NCBI RefSeq assembly: GCF_009914755.1
Contig: NC_060925.1
Length of the DNA stretch: 64,000 nt
Source of the DNA: the human T2T-CHM13v2.0 reference genome, Homo sapiens
Reading direction: 5' to 3' (one strand)
The first letter of the stretch is position 1. Every line of letters starts with the position of its first letter. Below the pieces are notes generated by a model that saw only the letters and a list, made by a program, of their open reading frames with translations, was not told where the DNA came from and made no database searches. The position numbers and the translations under genes are program-made. Of the stretch, positions 1-14,304 are shown in pieces.

Positions 1-327
<327 letters not shown>

Positions 328-389
328 TCTCCTTTTTAAAATATATATTTCTTGATAGTAGTTGTGTATAACTTATAAAAAGTCATCAG

Positions 390-399
390 GTTTTTTGGT

Positions 400-435
<36 letters not shown>

Positions 436-713
436 TTTGTTTGTGACAGGATCTCGCTTTGTTGCCCAGGCTGGAGTGCAGTGGTGAGATCACAGCTCAC
501 TGCAGCCTCGATCTCCAGGTGATCCTCCTGCCTCAACCTCTCATGTAGTGAGGACTACAGGTGTGTGCCACCATGCCTGGCTAATCTTTGTATTTTTTGT
601 ACAGATGGGGTTTCACCATGCTGCCCAGGCTGGTCTCTAACTCCTGGGCTCAAGCAATCTGCCTGTTGGCCTCCCAAGATGTTGGAACTACAGGTATGAG
701 CCACCAGGCCCGG
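390..713 (-). mobile_element. AluJ whose tail has become a (TG)n microsatellite (404-431)
   Basis: Alu consensus plus TG repeat. Confidence 0.85.
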
Positions 714-1541
714 ATGGGTCATCAGTTTTAATTAAGTGGAACAAAGTAGCTACTTCCATGATAACTGTAATATATAACTACGAAGAAAAAATATTTAAAG
801 AAGTGTCTCTCCAATTTCTATGGGTTTACTAAACTTTAAAGGGTAATCTTGAGGTTGTCTTGTTCATGATGTGTTTAAAATGCTTTGTGCTCATGTGTTT
901 AATCTCAACTCTTTAAGAGAGTCTAGCAATTTTATCTCAGGTAATTTTTCCCTACCAAGAGAAAGTTTCTATATGTGGTTTTGATCTAGAAACCACTATT
1001 GTGAAAAAAAATCAAAAAGGACACCTTTATACATCAAAGGATATTCTAATGAAAAATTTAAAACTCAGTAGGCTTTTCAGACTTCAAATAACCATATGTT
1101 GTGTTTTTCACAGCATGTCATGTTGGGCTTTAATAAGTATGGTCTCTTTTGTATTTGTAATTTCTTAAGGCATATCAGGCAAGTAGAAATGGGCTTAAAT
1201 TAAGTAGCCTTTCATGTTAGGCCTCTTGGGGGATTCCTCAGTAATACACAGCTGAAAGTATATATAACCTGTGCGTTGCTAACTTCCAACTGGGCAGTCT
1301 GTCACATCTCACCATGCCCAGGTGCCCAGGTTACCATGGTGGGAAAAAAGTCACCCCCACCTGCCCCGCTCTGCCAAAAAAAAAAAAAAAAAAAAACCAC
1401 AGCCAGGGCATTACCATAGGAAATCTGGTGAAGATCTGAGTCAAGGTCAGAACTTCAGAGAGTAGCAGAGTCCTTCAGAACAGTACTCATCAAATGGTTA
1501 TTTTAGGGAGCCAATTTTAACTTGGCAAAAATTTCTGGTGA

Positions 1542-2011
<470 letters not shown>

Positions 2012-3169
2012 AAGAACATGTTCTTCTGATTTTGATAGTAATACATCTTCATTGTGTAACATGAGGGCAGGGAGGAGAAACAGATGACAATCATAACTGT
2101 TTACAATCTCACCATCCCAAGCAACTCCTACCATTCCAGCAAATATTCTTCCAGGATTTCTTGCCTATGTATATATATTTAATCTTCTTGTGACTATTTT
2201 TTAAAACTCAAAACCATAGCTAAGACTTTCCCACATTATTATAATTTGTAAACAATTATTTTCAAGGTTGCTACACCCAGATATATTGAAAATAAATTGC
2301 ACAGCAGAGAGATTCAAATGGCTCTTGTTGGTGTTTTGAAATTCATCACAGCTGCAGCTGTGAGTTTGGAGACATGTAGTGGGAGAAAACAGTTATCTTT
2401 CCTTTCTTTTCTTCCTGCAGTTTCGGAGACTCAAAATCTACTTCATTAGGTGACTGACACAGGCTGTATCTTGCTGGGGATGATGGCATTCACCTCCTAC
2501 ATGCACTAGAGTTGTAGAAATCATGGACAGGCACAAGCCACGTTTTTCAATGATGGTCTAAACCATTGAATTCATGGTGTAGTCGTAGCCCACATTGGTA
2601 AGATTCTGGTCATAAGCATAATATTCAATGACTATTCTATCAGTTCCAGTTTTTGGTTGTAGACAACGCTCTTAATAATTTAAGTAATTAATTTTAAAAT
2701 TTAAATTAATGCAAATGTGCTCATCTCATGGAGGGCCCAAGAACCAGGCTTGAAGAATCTGTACCACTGACTCTGGAGGGTCCTACTCTGCTAGAACCTT
2801 TGTTACTGCCACATTGAGAGCTGGATATCTATTTATCATCACCTACCACCCTCAGCAGAATAAATTTTTCATAGACACCTCCTTCTTCTTATCAGACTGT
2901 TGAACTGAAATTTTGTAAGAGTGAGTTTGACTACCCGTACCATACCTGCAGGGAGAGTGGAAAAGGAAGCTGATGACTTCTAATTCAGGAACAGGTAGAC
3001 TTATAAGGGGAGAAATTTCCCACATATAGGAAGGCTATTTCTAAGCTGCCAGGCAGACAGAAAGTATAACAAAGTCCAATGCAACTATGTAATGCTTTAC
3101 TGTATAAATGTTTCATAATATATTTAATGATTCCTTTATTATTGAAAATTTGGGCCATTTAAAAAATAT

Positions 3170-3990
3170 TCTTTTAATCAGGTTATCAAGTATAATTTAC
3201 AAATAAGTAAAACTTACACCTTTATATGGTTCAGTCACTCCAGTATATGGTTTTATTAGGTTGTTGCAAAAGTAATTGCGGTTTTTGCCATTAAAGGCAA
3301 AGGGCCATTACCTTTAATGGCAAAAACCGCAATTACTTCTGCAACGACATAATATGAGCACTGACATATACAATCATGGAGTAACCATCATAGTCGAGAT
3401 ACAGAACAGGCCCATCATCCCCCAAAATTCTCTAACATGCTCCTCCATAGTCAATCCCTCCCCCATCCCTAGCTACTAGCAACCAATGGTCTATTTTTTG
3501 TCCCTATAGTTTTTTCCTTTTTCAGAATGTCATAAAAGGAATAATATAGTATGTCACCTTTTTTTGTCTTGCTTTTTTCACTCTGCCTAATTATTTTGAG
3601 ATTCACCCATGTTACTGTACATATCAGCAGAGCATTTCTTTTTATTGTTGAATAGTATTCCATCATATGGATGTAACACAGTTTGTTTATCCATTCATCA
3701 GAAGGACATTTGCGTTGTTTCTAGTTTTTGACAATTATAAAAACAACTATAGACATCTGCAGAAGATTTTGTGTGAACAAAAGTCTTCATTTCTCTTCAG
3801 TAAACACCTAGAAGTAATATTACTAGGTCATATGGTAAAGGTATGTTTAACTTTATCAGAAACTGCCAAATTGTTTTCCAAAGTGGCCATACCATTTCGC
3901 ATCTCCACCAGCAATGTATGAAAGTTCCCGTTGCATTTTCACCAGCATTCAATTTTGTTTTCATTTTAGCTATGCTAATATGTTAAAAAT
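3170..3990 (-). mobile_element. Old L1M 3' region, host of the MADE1
   Basis: gagattcacccatgtt...tagtattccat...gaaactgccaaattgttttccaaagtggc motifs; boundaries approximate. Confidence 0.65.
3256..3352. mobile_element. MADE1 (Hsmar1-derived MITE), full length with an expanded centre
   Basis: Mariner TIRs ttaggttg..gcaaaagtaattgcggtttttgccatt and its inverse; TA TSDs at 3254-55 and 3353-54. Confidence 0.9.
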
Positions 3991-4002
3991 AATATTGATG
4001 CT

Positions 4003-4325
<323 letters not shown>

Positions 4326-4415
4326 CTAATCCTTGATGAAATTCCAAGACAGAAAAAATTGTGGAATAAAACATGGGAATCCCAGTGAAAAGCCATGCTC
4401 TTTTCCTGTTCTCCC

Positions 4416-4832
4416 TGCTGTGGTTTGAGTGTATCCTCCAAAAGTTTATGTGTTGGAGGCCTGGTCCTCAATGAGGCAGTGTTGGGAGTGGGGCCTAGTT
4501 TGTAAGTATTTGGGTTAGGGAGGCACATACCTCAGGAATGGATGAACACCCTCTCCCGTGAATGAGTGAGTTCTCACTCTTGCAGGACTGGATCAGTTCC
4601 CACGAGTTGTTACAAAGCAAGGCTGCCTCTTGTGTTTGGTCTCCTTTTTCATACATGTGGGCTTCCCCTTCCACTTTTCTACTTGGCTATGAAGCAGCAT
4701 GAGGCCCTCACCAGGTACAGTTACCCATCTTGGACTTCCCAGCCTGCAGAACCATGAGCTAAATAAACTTCCTTTCTTTTGAAATTACTCAGTCTTTGAT
4801 ATTCTGTTATAGAAACAGAAAATGGAAAACAC
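4416..4832 (+). mobile_element. MST/MLT1A-type MaLR LTR
   Basis: TGCTGTGGTTTGAGTG start; ccagcctgcagaaccatgagctaaataaa and tattctgttatag MaLR 3' motifs; boundaries approximate. Confidence 0.7.
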
Positions 4833-5369
4833 TCATAAAATCTCATCTCCTTGGAGACAGGAAGAAAATATGAATGAAGTAGAAGATAGTTGTTAGGTGA
4901 ATTAGTAGTTGGTCACCTGGCCAATCCAAAAATGTTCCACATAGAAGAAGGTCCTAAGAAAAGAGCTAGAAGACCTACCTTTATCATATTTTTATTTATT
5001 AAAGTCTTTGAAATTTTGAAGGAAAGATACACTTGCATATGGAAGGGAGGAAATAAAAGTTAGTATTCATATATGCATTTCCTTCATTGAGTGTGTTATG
5101 ACTTCAGGTGTTGCTTCAATTTCTTTAGCTTCCAGATTTGCCCATTGTATTGAATCTGCTCCTCTGGGTTGTGATTTGGCTGAGTTCCTGGATTCTATAT
5201 CATCCCTTATCTACTGCCCATCCATCCTTGAACAACTCTTAGTACCAAACTCACTAATTCCCCTGGCTTCAGACCTACTAGTGTCAGCATTTTGACAATT
5301 GTTGTTGGCTTCAGACCCAGCCATATCTTCCAATTTTCACCCAACTCTTGCCTGAATGCGTGGGACTTG

Positions 5370-5850
5370 ACATTATTCATAACTTAGATGGAAACACTGA
5401 TGATGAGTAAATAAAATTTATGGATGACACAAAGCCAGGAGAATAACTAATGTTGGCAGAATTAGAATAGAGCTTTCCATAGGCTGGAACAAAGAACTGA
5501 AGCTAACAATGTAAATTGTAGCTGAATGGAATTCCGAATTTAGTTTTAAAACTCAACTGTACAAGCACAGAGTTGGAAGTCATGGTTACCCCTGCTTCAT
5601 ATGGAAATGACATAAGGTTTAAGCAGATTGCATTTCATATGAGTTATTGGAGTGGTGCAGTAAGTGGGATTGCCAAAAAACAAAACAAATCAAACTCCAC
5701 AACCTTAATTTGGTCTGAAGTTACCTTGGTAGACACAGAGTAGATTGACCAAAGTGAAGAGGATCCCACTTTACTCCATCAGTCAGACCACACTTAGAAC
5801 ATCAGATTCAGTTTGGGGTAACACACTCTACAGCAGACAAACTGGAGTGT
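5370..5850 (+). mobile_element. Ancient CR1/L3 LINE fragment (others at ~27300-27820 and ~60780-61640)
   Basis: aaaatttatggatgacacaaag (KF.DDTK RT-like) and cagaccacacttaga...cagacaaactggag L3 motifs; boundaries approximate. Confidence 0.5.
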
Positions 5851-6138
5851 GTTTACATTCACATCTCATTGCAACGTGGTTTGTCTTACCAAGGTACTGA
5901 TGACTTTTTTGTAAGCCAGTGGACCCATTTCATGCCTTTTACCTGACCTCTGCTGCATTTGACACATTGGCCATTCCCTTCTTCAAGTTGTCTTCTTTGA
6001 TTTCTCTTTCATCATTTATACTCTTAATTTTTTTTAACTACTTTTCTGCCCTTGACTTTTTCTCCTCCTGCTCCACAAACATAGATGTTCCCTAAGTTTG
6101 CTAGCTCACTTTTCTATGGATTCTCCTAGGGAGATATT

Positions 6139-6411
6139 CTTTTTTACACACAGGGTCTCACTCTGTTGCCCAGGCTGGAGTGCAGTGGTGCAATCATGGC
6201 CCACTGTACCCTTGACCTCCCCTGGCTGAGGTGATCCTCCCACCTCAAGCTCCCAAGTAGCTGGGACTATAGGTGCACACCACCACACTTGGCTAATTTT
6301 TCTACATAGAGATGTTGCCCTGGCTGGTCTCGAACTCCTGGGCTCAAGCAATCCTCCTGCCTCAGCCTCCCCATGTGTTGGGATTACAGGTGAGAGCCCC
6401 CATGCCCAGCC
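6139..6411 (-). mobile_element. AluJ
   Basis: TSD AGGGAGATATT at 6128-6138 and 6413-6423. Confidence 0.88.
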
Positions 6412-6522
6412 AAGGGAGATATTGTATCCACCCCCACAGCTTTAACTATCAATATATATGCCATTGACTTCCAAATCCTTATTTCTATCCTTGACATTTT
6501 TTGAGATCTTGTTTTATATATC

Positions 6523-7603
6523 TGTTGCAGGAGTCAGGGACCCCAAATGGAGGGACTGGCTGGCGCCACGGCACAGCAACATAAATTGTGAAGATTTTAT
6601 GGACATTTATCAGTTCCCCAAATTAATACTTTTATAATTTCTTACACCTATCTTTACTGCAATCTCTGAACATAAATTTTGAAGATTTTATGGACATTTA
6701 TCAGTTCCCAAATAATACTCTTATAATTTCTTATGCCTGTCTTTACTTTAATCTCTTAATCCTGCTATCTTCGTAAGCTGAGAATGTACATCACCTCAGG
6801 ACCACTATTGTGTTGAACTGTACAAATTGATTGTAAAACATGTGTGTTTGAACAATATGAAATCAGTGCACCTTGAAAAAGAACAGAATAACAGCGATTT
6901 TCAGGGAAGAAGGGAAGACAACCATAAGATCTGATTGCCTGTGGGGTTGGGCAGAATAGAGCCATATTTTTCTTCTTGCAGAGAGCCTATAAATGGACAT
7001 GCAAGTAGGGAGGATATCACTGAATTCTTTTCCTAGCAAGGAATATTAATAATTAAGACCCTGGGAAAGGAATGCATTCCTGGGGGGAGGTCTATAAAGG
7101 GCCACTCTGGAAGTGTCTGTCTTATGCGGTTGAGATAAGGACTGAAATACGCCTTGGTCTCCTGCAGTACCCTCAGGTTTATTAGGGTGGGGAAAAAACC
7201 CCACCCTGGTGAATTTGAGGTCAGACTGGTTCTCTGCTCTCGAACTCTGTTTTCTGTTTTTTAAGATGTTTATCAAGACAATACATGCACATCTGAACAT
7301 AGACCCTTATCAGAAGTTTTTGATTTCGCCCTTTGCCTTGTGATCTTTGTTCTCCTTTTTTGCCCTTTGAAGCATGTGATCTCTGTTCATACACCCCCTC
7401 CCGTTTTGAAGTCCTTAATAAAAACCTGCTGGTTTTGCAGCTCAGGTGAGCATCATGGTCCTACCAATAAGTGATGTCACCCCCAGAGGCCTAACTATAA
7501 AATTCCTCTCTTTGTACTCTTTCTCTTTATTTCTCAGCCGGCCGACACTTAGGGAAAATAGAAAGAACCTACATTGAAATATTGAGGGTGGGTTCCCCCG
7601 ATA
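6523..7603 (+). mobile_element. MER11 (HERV-K HML-8) solo LTR, probably MER11C-like
   Basis: TGTTGCAGGAGTCAGGGACCCC...GGTTCCCCCGATA; perfect 6-bp TSD TATATC (6517-6522, 7604-7609); internal ~90-bp tandem duplication; TATA at ~7093, AATAAA at ~7417. Confidence 0.88.
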
Positions 7604-9883
7604 TATATCCATTTTGGTTTTGGTGAAAATTAGATTAATAAATGCCCTGAAGACAACAAAAAGCTTTCTAAGAGGAAGAATAAAATGTTAAGCTTGTTCC
7701 TAGGTAAGATAATCCAGTGGAGCTTGCAGCCTAGAAGCCCATATCTATAACATTTAACCATTTAACCATTGAAGCACTTGTTTTTCCTGAACTGCATTCT
7801 GTGGGTAAGGTGTTTTCTTGAAGGAATGGGTTCATATGGCCTTTTACAAGCTGGGGTCGGAAGTAGAGGGAATGTTGGTGAGCCCCACCTTTACAAATAA
7901 GTAGCAAACTGACAACCAAGTCTTCCTTTTATCTCCTCAGAAGGAGTAAAATATGGTAGACCTGGAAACTTAAATATAAGAACTTTTCATTTTTTGTAAC
8001 TTGTAGAGTTTTTATTATTTTATCTCATTTATTTTCCTATAGTGCTTGGAAGCAAAAGCTTTGCCAAAAAAAAAGTGCTCCTTGCTTTCCTTTGAAGACA
8101 GCAAGGAAGGAAGTGAAAAAAGGTGCCTTACTCTGGGTTGGGTTTGGGGAGAGAAGATCCTCAAGAGAAAATGTGTTAGACTATGATGTAGAGGTTATTG
8201 AAGGAGAGGAGGGGTAATTTGAGGGACCTGCTTCAAGGAAGAAAAGAATAAACAAGGAATTAGTTTGTAAAAACACTCAACATGGGGACTGAAAGCCATG
8301 CCACATAAAAAAAGGGAAGGTCTTTGGAATATTGATCCTGGAGAAGGGGTCTCAGTTGTTTGGAGATGTTTGAAAGCTCTCATTCAAATGTTGTGTACAA
8401 CCCTGTTGGACAGAATTGGATCTATGGAATGAAAATTATGGTCAGAAATGGTGGTGGAGGTAGAGCGGAGAATGGGAGGGCAATATTTTTGCTCTCTATT
8501 AAATTTGTCTGAAAATGGGATGTGCTCCTCCTTAGGGGGATAGTAAATTCCCCATTCTTGGCAATGACCACTTAGCAGGAAAATTTTAAAGGAGAAATGC
8601 AAGTACAATGAATGCATTTGCATTGGATGAAATTTAGAATATCTCTCAACTCTAAGAGTTTATGATTCTATGAATACATTGAGTGTCAAGACATGCAGGG
8701 AAAACTCCCTCTCCTCCAAAAGCTTACGATCTGGTCAGGTGTCAAAACACATGGGAAATTATTAAAAATTTCTTGGTGGTACATAAATGCCAAAATCAAT
8801 GTTGTCAGATATAATAGTCAATGGGATTCATAGAAAGGAGGCTTGAAATGATGCCAGGAACAGAATATGAGTCCTGATGTGGTCTATGTGTTGGGCAGAC
8901 AGGTAAAGGAAAAAGCATTCTTGCTGAGATGGCATATTACAAGAGGAGGAATAAAATTGTTCTAACAAAATAAAATTATCAAGCCTCAAAATCTTGTATT
9001 CAGCCTTAAGTAAAATTTTAAAAGAAGTAGGTCACTAGGACAACAATATTCTAGTGAGAAAACCAGAAGGGCAAAATCTGGTAAAGCGCTTTTAAGAATA
9101 TTATATCCTAGGAGTTATATTTTAACAGGTGAAGGAGAGGAGTGAGGGATACTTACAAATCAGTTCTTAGGATTACAAAAAAATAAAGATTATTAACCAG
9201 GCAAGATAAAGGTTGTATGTAAGGTCGTTATTTGTTTGGTGGCAGGAAATTGAGTTTCTAGCTAGTTTTTGTTTTGTTTTGTTTTGTTTTGCTTTACTTT
9301 GGAGACAAGAGTTTTCCTTCAAAATTGGGTTTATGTTTATAGTTATCACCCAAGGACTGTAAACTTTTCCAAACATTACAATTGTTTGCTATAGAACACT
9401 GCATCTGTCATTAGCATGTTTCTCGGATAAAACTGTGCTTCTTTACTTGAAGTTATAAACTATGTTTGTCACAGGTCAAATTTTCTCACTGACCTTGAGA
9501 TAATGAACATTTTGACCATGACCACTGATCTCGTTATAATGAACTGAAGCAGTATATAAGTGATGTGAATTCTGTTGCTAACTTAGGGAGGAAAAATCTC
9601 TTTAGATCTTTCTTCTTACAAGGTTTATCAGTTTTTAAAGTTATTTTCAATAGAAAATTTAATTCCAAAACCAATACAAAAATTGATTCTTTAATAGGTC
9701 AAAGGCTTGGAGTTGGAAACAATTATGTTTTGTTCACCTCATGGTGAGTCTGACTAGAGCAGCGAATAGGCACTGGGGAAGTGTGTGAGAGTGACCAAGG
9801 TTGGCTGTGTGAGTGTTTATAGTTAGTACAGTATGGAAACAAGAGTATGGGTTTTAGAGTCAAACAGGAGTCCTTTGAATCCT

Positions 9884-10088
9884 GGTGAGGTAGACAGATT
9901 GCACTGATGGCCCCAGCCAATGCCTTCCCTGGACTCATGCCCAGTGCAATATGACTTTGCACCTCTTCCCATCCCTTGAACCTCGGTCAGCCTTGTGACT
10001 TGCTTTGGCCAATAGAACATGGAGGAAGTGACAGTGCCCTAGTTCTGAGCCCAGCTCTCAAAAACCCTTTTACTTCCTCTTTCTCTGT

Positions 10089-10135
<47 letters not shown>

Positions 10136-10370
10136 CCTTGCTTCTACCAAAAGAAGCCTGGACTAGCCTGCTGAAATCTGGGATACCACATGGAGTAGAG
10201 CCCAGTTGTCCCAGTTGGGGCAAGACTAGACCAACATACAGCCAGCCAACTCCCAAACATGTTGAGAGAGCAAGCCAGGCACCTGATGCTTGACCTATAG
10301 TCGTCTGAGTTTACTGTTTGGAGGTACTGAGTTTTGGAGTGGTTTTGTTTTGTAGCAATTGCAATATGAC
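9884..10370 (+). mobile_element. Old MLT1-type MaLR LTR with embedded (CT)n (10093-10131)
   Basis: gccttgtgacttgctttggccaatagaa and ctgagttttggagtggttttgtt MLT1 motifs; boundaries approximate. Confidence 0.6.
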
Positions 10371-11900
10371 ACGCCTGGTTCCATTAGTTACTAGCTATGT
10401 CACCTTCAGGAAGTGGCTTAACTTCTCTGAGGTGCTCTTTATTCATCTGTGCTTAAATGTCTATTACACATTATCTCTTTTAATACTCATAATAATTCTG
10501 TGATGTGGGTGCCATTATTCTCGTTCTACAAAGAAACGAATTCTTGTAAAGGTTACGTGATTAGCCCGAGGTAACACAGTGAGTTGACAGCCATACAACT
10601 TTCTCATAAAGAATCTCAAAGAAAGTAAACCAAGTTTGTAGGTGATTTAGTGAAGAATTCCAAAATGCAATTTGAAAAGTGAGAGAGGCTCATTTATATT
10701 AAGAGTATCTCCCTTAAGTAGAATAATCAAAAATTTTAGTGCAGAAAAGATAACTCAGAAGTCTGAGTGTGGTGAAGGCAAGGGCTGATTGTTTTGTTTG
10801 CCACTCTACTCCCAGGGCCTAGCAGTCTGCAGCACATTAGTATATATCAAAAAATATTATTTGATATTAAAATATTTATTGATGTCTACTAATGAATCCA
10901 TGAATGAATCCTGACTGACAAATGGTACATGGAGAACACCATCTATTCTAACAACTGAATACAAAATTTAATGACTCAAAACTTAAGAAAGGGCAGTGAC
11001 AGACAGATCACACCCCTAAGTCCCTCCGTGTGATAAATGGGCAGAGATAGGGGGATGAAAGAACTAAAGTCTGCCTCCCAACCCCAAGTTCTTAGATGAA
11101 AGCTTGGCCTTGACATGGAAATGAGATGGAAATTTCCAACTAGAATATGCTGAGTTGCTTTTGGTTTATTTTTTAAGTTTTTAGAAAGAAAGGGGGACCA
11201 GGAAATTATGATACCTGCCCAAGATATTATAAAGGGGTCTGCTACCAATGCAAAGAGATTCGGCAGGGCATATGCAGGATTAGTAATTGCAGAAAGATAA
11301 AACTGTTTCATGCCTGTTATCCCATGGAATTAATATTATTCAATAAACCAGTCACACAAATAAAAAAAAAAACTTGAAGCCTCCAATAGATGGAAATAGA
11401 AACACCTTCCTTTTTTCCTTCATATGACCTTTCTCAAACCAGTGTGCACAAAAGCTGTTCCCTACATGGTCCAGGCAATAGCACAGAATAAGGAGAGAGC
11501 AAGGAGGGGAAAGTTGAAGTCTCACCAGGAGAAGCCACTTCTTAGCTTCAAAATCACCTCAGCGTCCTGTAGGAATTCCTCCATTTTCCCATCCCAACTG
11601 TGTCCTGTTACTCCCTCACCCCAATTTGGAATTGCTAACACAAAGGGAGTTCTTGCTACTATACATGTATACTGCTTTGTGTGGAGTCCAGAAGTGGAGA
11701 AACACAACAGAATCTGCAGGAGGTCTGGAGCAGCATTCCCAGAGGACCCCGATTCCTGAAAAGAGTGTGTGGGGCTGCCATAAAGGGGTCTTGGTAAAAG
11801 TCTCCTTCAGGGTAGGCAGCTGGATTTTGGTTGTTGGTTTATGATAGAGAAGAGATAAAGGAGGCAAGAAATAAAGAGCAGGCTTAAGAAGTTCAACAAC

Positions 11901-12080
11901 TGCCCTGTGTCCATGTGTTTTTTCGGGGGGTGGGGAGCTGGGGGAGGGATAGCATTAGGAGAAATACCTAATGTAAATGACGAGTTGATAGGTGCAGCAA
12001 ACCAACATGGCACATGTATACCTATGTAACAAACCTGCAAGTTGTGCACATGTACCCTAGAACTTAAAAAAAAAAAAAAA
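11901..12080 (+). mobile_element. Tiny L1PA 3'-end insertion with 5' inversion
   Basis: L1 3'UTR G-tract through poly(A); TSD core G(T/C)TCAACAAC at 11891-11900 and 12081-12090; TT|AAGAA target site. Confidence 0.85.
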
Positions 12081-12677
12081 GCTCAACAACCAAACTTGAC
12101 ATTTTTTGAGTAGACTCAGGAGCTGCCCTACATTTGTGCTGCCAGAACCCTTCCTCCGCTTCTTGCAGAACCATCATTTGCTTCTCAATCTTCCCAAATG
12201 GACTGAGCTCCCTAAAATGCAGGGACCATATCTGTTTCTCTCTGTTCCCTGCCCATCCACAGGAGAAGAGCTTGCCAGAGGTAGATGCTGTCCATGAACT
12301 CTTGGGCATTTGCTTGTGTTTTGCAGACTTGGGTGCAATTCAAGGGTGACCTTCGTAACTTTTTGCATTGATTGCATCATAGAGACCTTAAGAAAATCCA
12401 GTGGCAGCCACTGCCCTGAGAACTAGGAAGCGGTTCATAGTATTGATAGGTAGCTTGACTTGGGGGTAACTTGGCTCTGAAGCTCCCTCCCAGAGCTGTG
12501 GGTATGCACAAATGATGGTCAGTTTTCATCACTGAAATGGAACTCTCCCAGTAGGCTGAGGGTAAATGAAGTTACCAGCTTCACAGCCACTTATGGCATG
12601 CTGAGGAATCATCAGCTATATCTCCATTTGTCTCCTACTTCTGGAATGGATGGATGCTATTCATCTATTCCTTCAAC

Positions 12678-12966
12678 TTTTTTTTTGATACAGAGTCTCG
12701 CTCTGTCACACAGGCTGGAGTGCAGCGGCATGATCTTGGCTCACTACAACCTCTGCCTCCCGGGTTCAAGTGATTCTCCTGTCTCAGCCTCCTGAGTAGC
12801 TGGATTACAGGGGCATCCCACCACAACTGGCTAATTTTTGTATTTTAGTAGAGACGGGGTTTCGCCATGTTGGTCAGGCTGGTCTCCAACTCCTGACCTC
12901 AAGTGATCTGCCCATCTTGGCCTCCCAAAGTGTTGGGATTACAGGTGTGAACCACCGTGTCTGGTC
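12678..12966 (-). mobile_element. Alu (S-type)
   Basis: Alu consensus; flanking repeat CCTTCAAC. Confidence 0.9.
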
Positions 12967-14242
12967 CCTTCAACATGCATTAAACATTTGCTATTGAGCT
13001 TTGTATTCCTTTGCTGTGATTACAAAGATTACAGACAGGGTACCTGTCCCAAAGGCACAGGCAAGGTAAATGCTGCAGTAGAGTGAGAGAGGATGACCAG
13101 AAGGGGGCAAGAAAATTAGGGTGAGAGTTCATAAAAGTGTTACTGGCTGTGGGGGCAGGGTGGATTTAGCCTGACTTATCCTGACGTTTACAGGAGAAGT
13201 GGGAATTGGCCAGATGGAGATGAGAGAGCCAGATGTTTTTAGCAAAAGGAAGAATGTGGCAAAGATTCAGTGGTGTTCAAGCAGGGGTGGCTCCAAGTGT
13301 GGCTGAGGAGAGAATAGCTTTAATTGACCCTCCCAAGACTCACGGATCCTGTCCAAGCCACACCCAATAAACATATGACCTCAGAAAAAACTCTGCAAAC
13401 AGTTTCAAATCAACTCCCTGTCCCTTAATTCTAATCTGAATTTTGGCTCTAAGTGGAAGAAGGTCTGAGGGGGCCACTCTGGAAGTGATTCTTGCATCCT
13501 GGAAGTTTGGTATGGAAGGGGGAGAAGGAATGATTAATTTTATGCCACACCAAGTGTCCCCCTCACTGGTGAACTTGATTTCTCCAATGTTTCTTCCTCT
13601 CTCGCCTGAAGCTGTTGGTGTGACTAGAGTTAAAGGTGAGATTATAGACAAGATGTAGGCCAGGTGAGGAAGTAAATACTCATTTGGGGTTCTCCCTGGC
13701 CAGGTCCACCCTGGGAATTTGCGTTTGCTGATGTCAGGGATCATGTCTACTGTGTTCACTTGTTTCTCCACCACCCACTGGAGTGCCTGCTTATAGGAGG
13801 TGACCAGTCATTATTTTTTTGATGAATGAATCCACGGATAAATGAGCAACTGTGGACATGGCAAATAAATACTGTTGTATATATAATTACAGAAAGAATG
13901 AATGTTTTGCTCAATGTTACCCATTGAAAATAAATTTAAGTTTGAACAGCAGTTCAATTACATCAAGAATAATTGCCCACTGCTGTATTATGAATGTGAT
14001 CCAATTCCTGGAGACGTAAGCATATGCATTATCAAAGCATAATTACACCTGACATTAAGTGGTTTCCCTGCAGATTCCTTCGTGACAACAGAAAAGTAAA
14101 AGGTCCATGATACAGCAAGAATGACTCGCCTTTTCGTTTCAGAGGGCTGTACCTCACAATTCAAATGTGACATCTGCTTAAAAGATGAAACCAGCCTCCT
14201 TCCAAATAAATGACATCTGGTCAGCTCTTCAAGGATGAACAT

Positions 14243-14304
14243 TTTATTGGAATATAGGCACCTGGCAGAGTAAATACATGGTTACAAAGTGTTTTAAGTT
14301 TATT
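14243..14304 (-). terminator. Poly(A) signals: AATAAA at 14243-14248 (likely main) and 14299-14304, with two UGUA (CFIm) motifs between them
   Basis: + strand tttatt at both positions; taca at 14275-78 and 14283-86; U-rich sequence downstream on the minus strand. Confidence 0.75.

Noticed and set aside
6578-6760. ~90-bp tandem duplication within the MER11 LTR
   Set aside because: Recalled as part of the MER11 subfamily consensus rather than a locus-specific event
9472-9494. AGGTCA...TGACCT inverted nuclear-receptor half-sites
   Set aside because: The 11-nt spacer fits no standard response element; expected by chance
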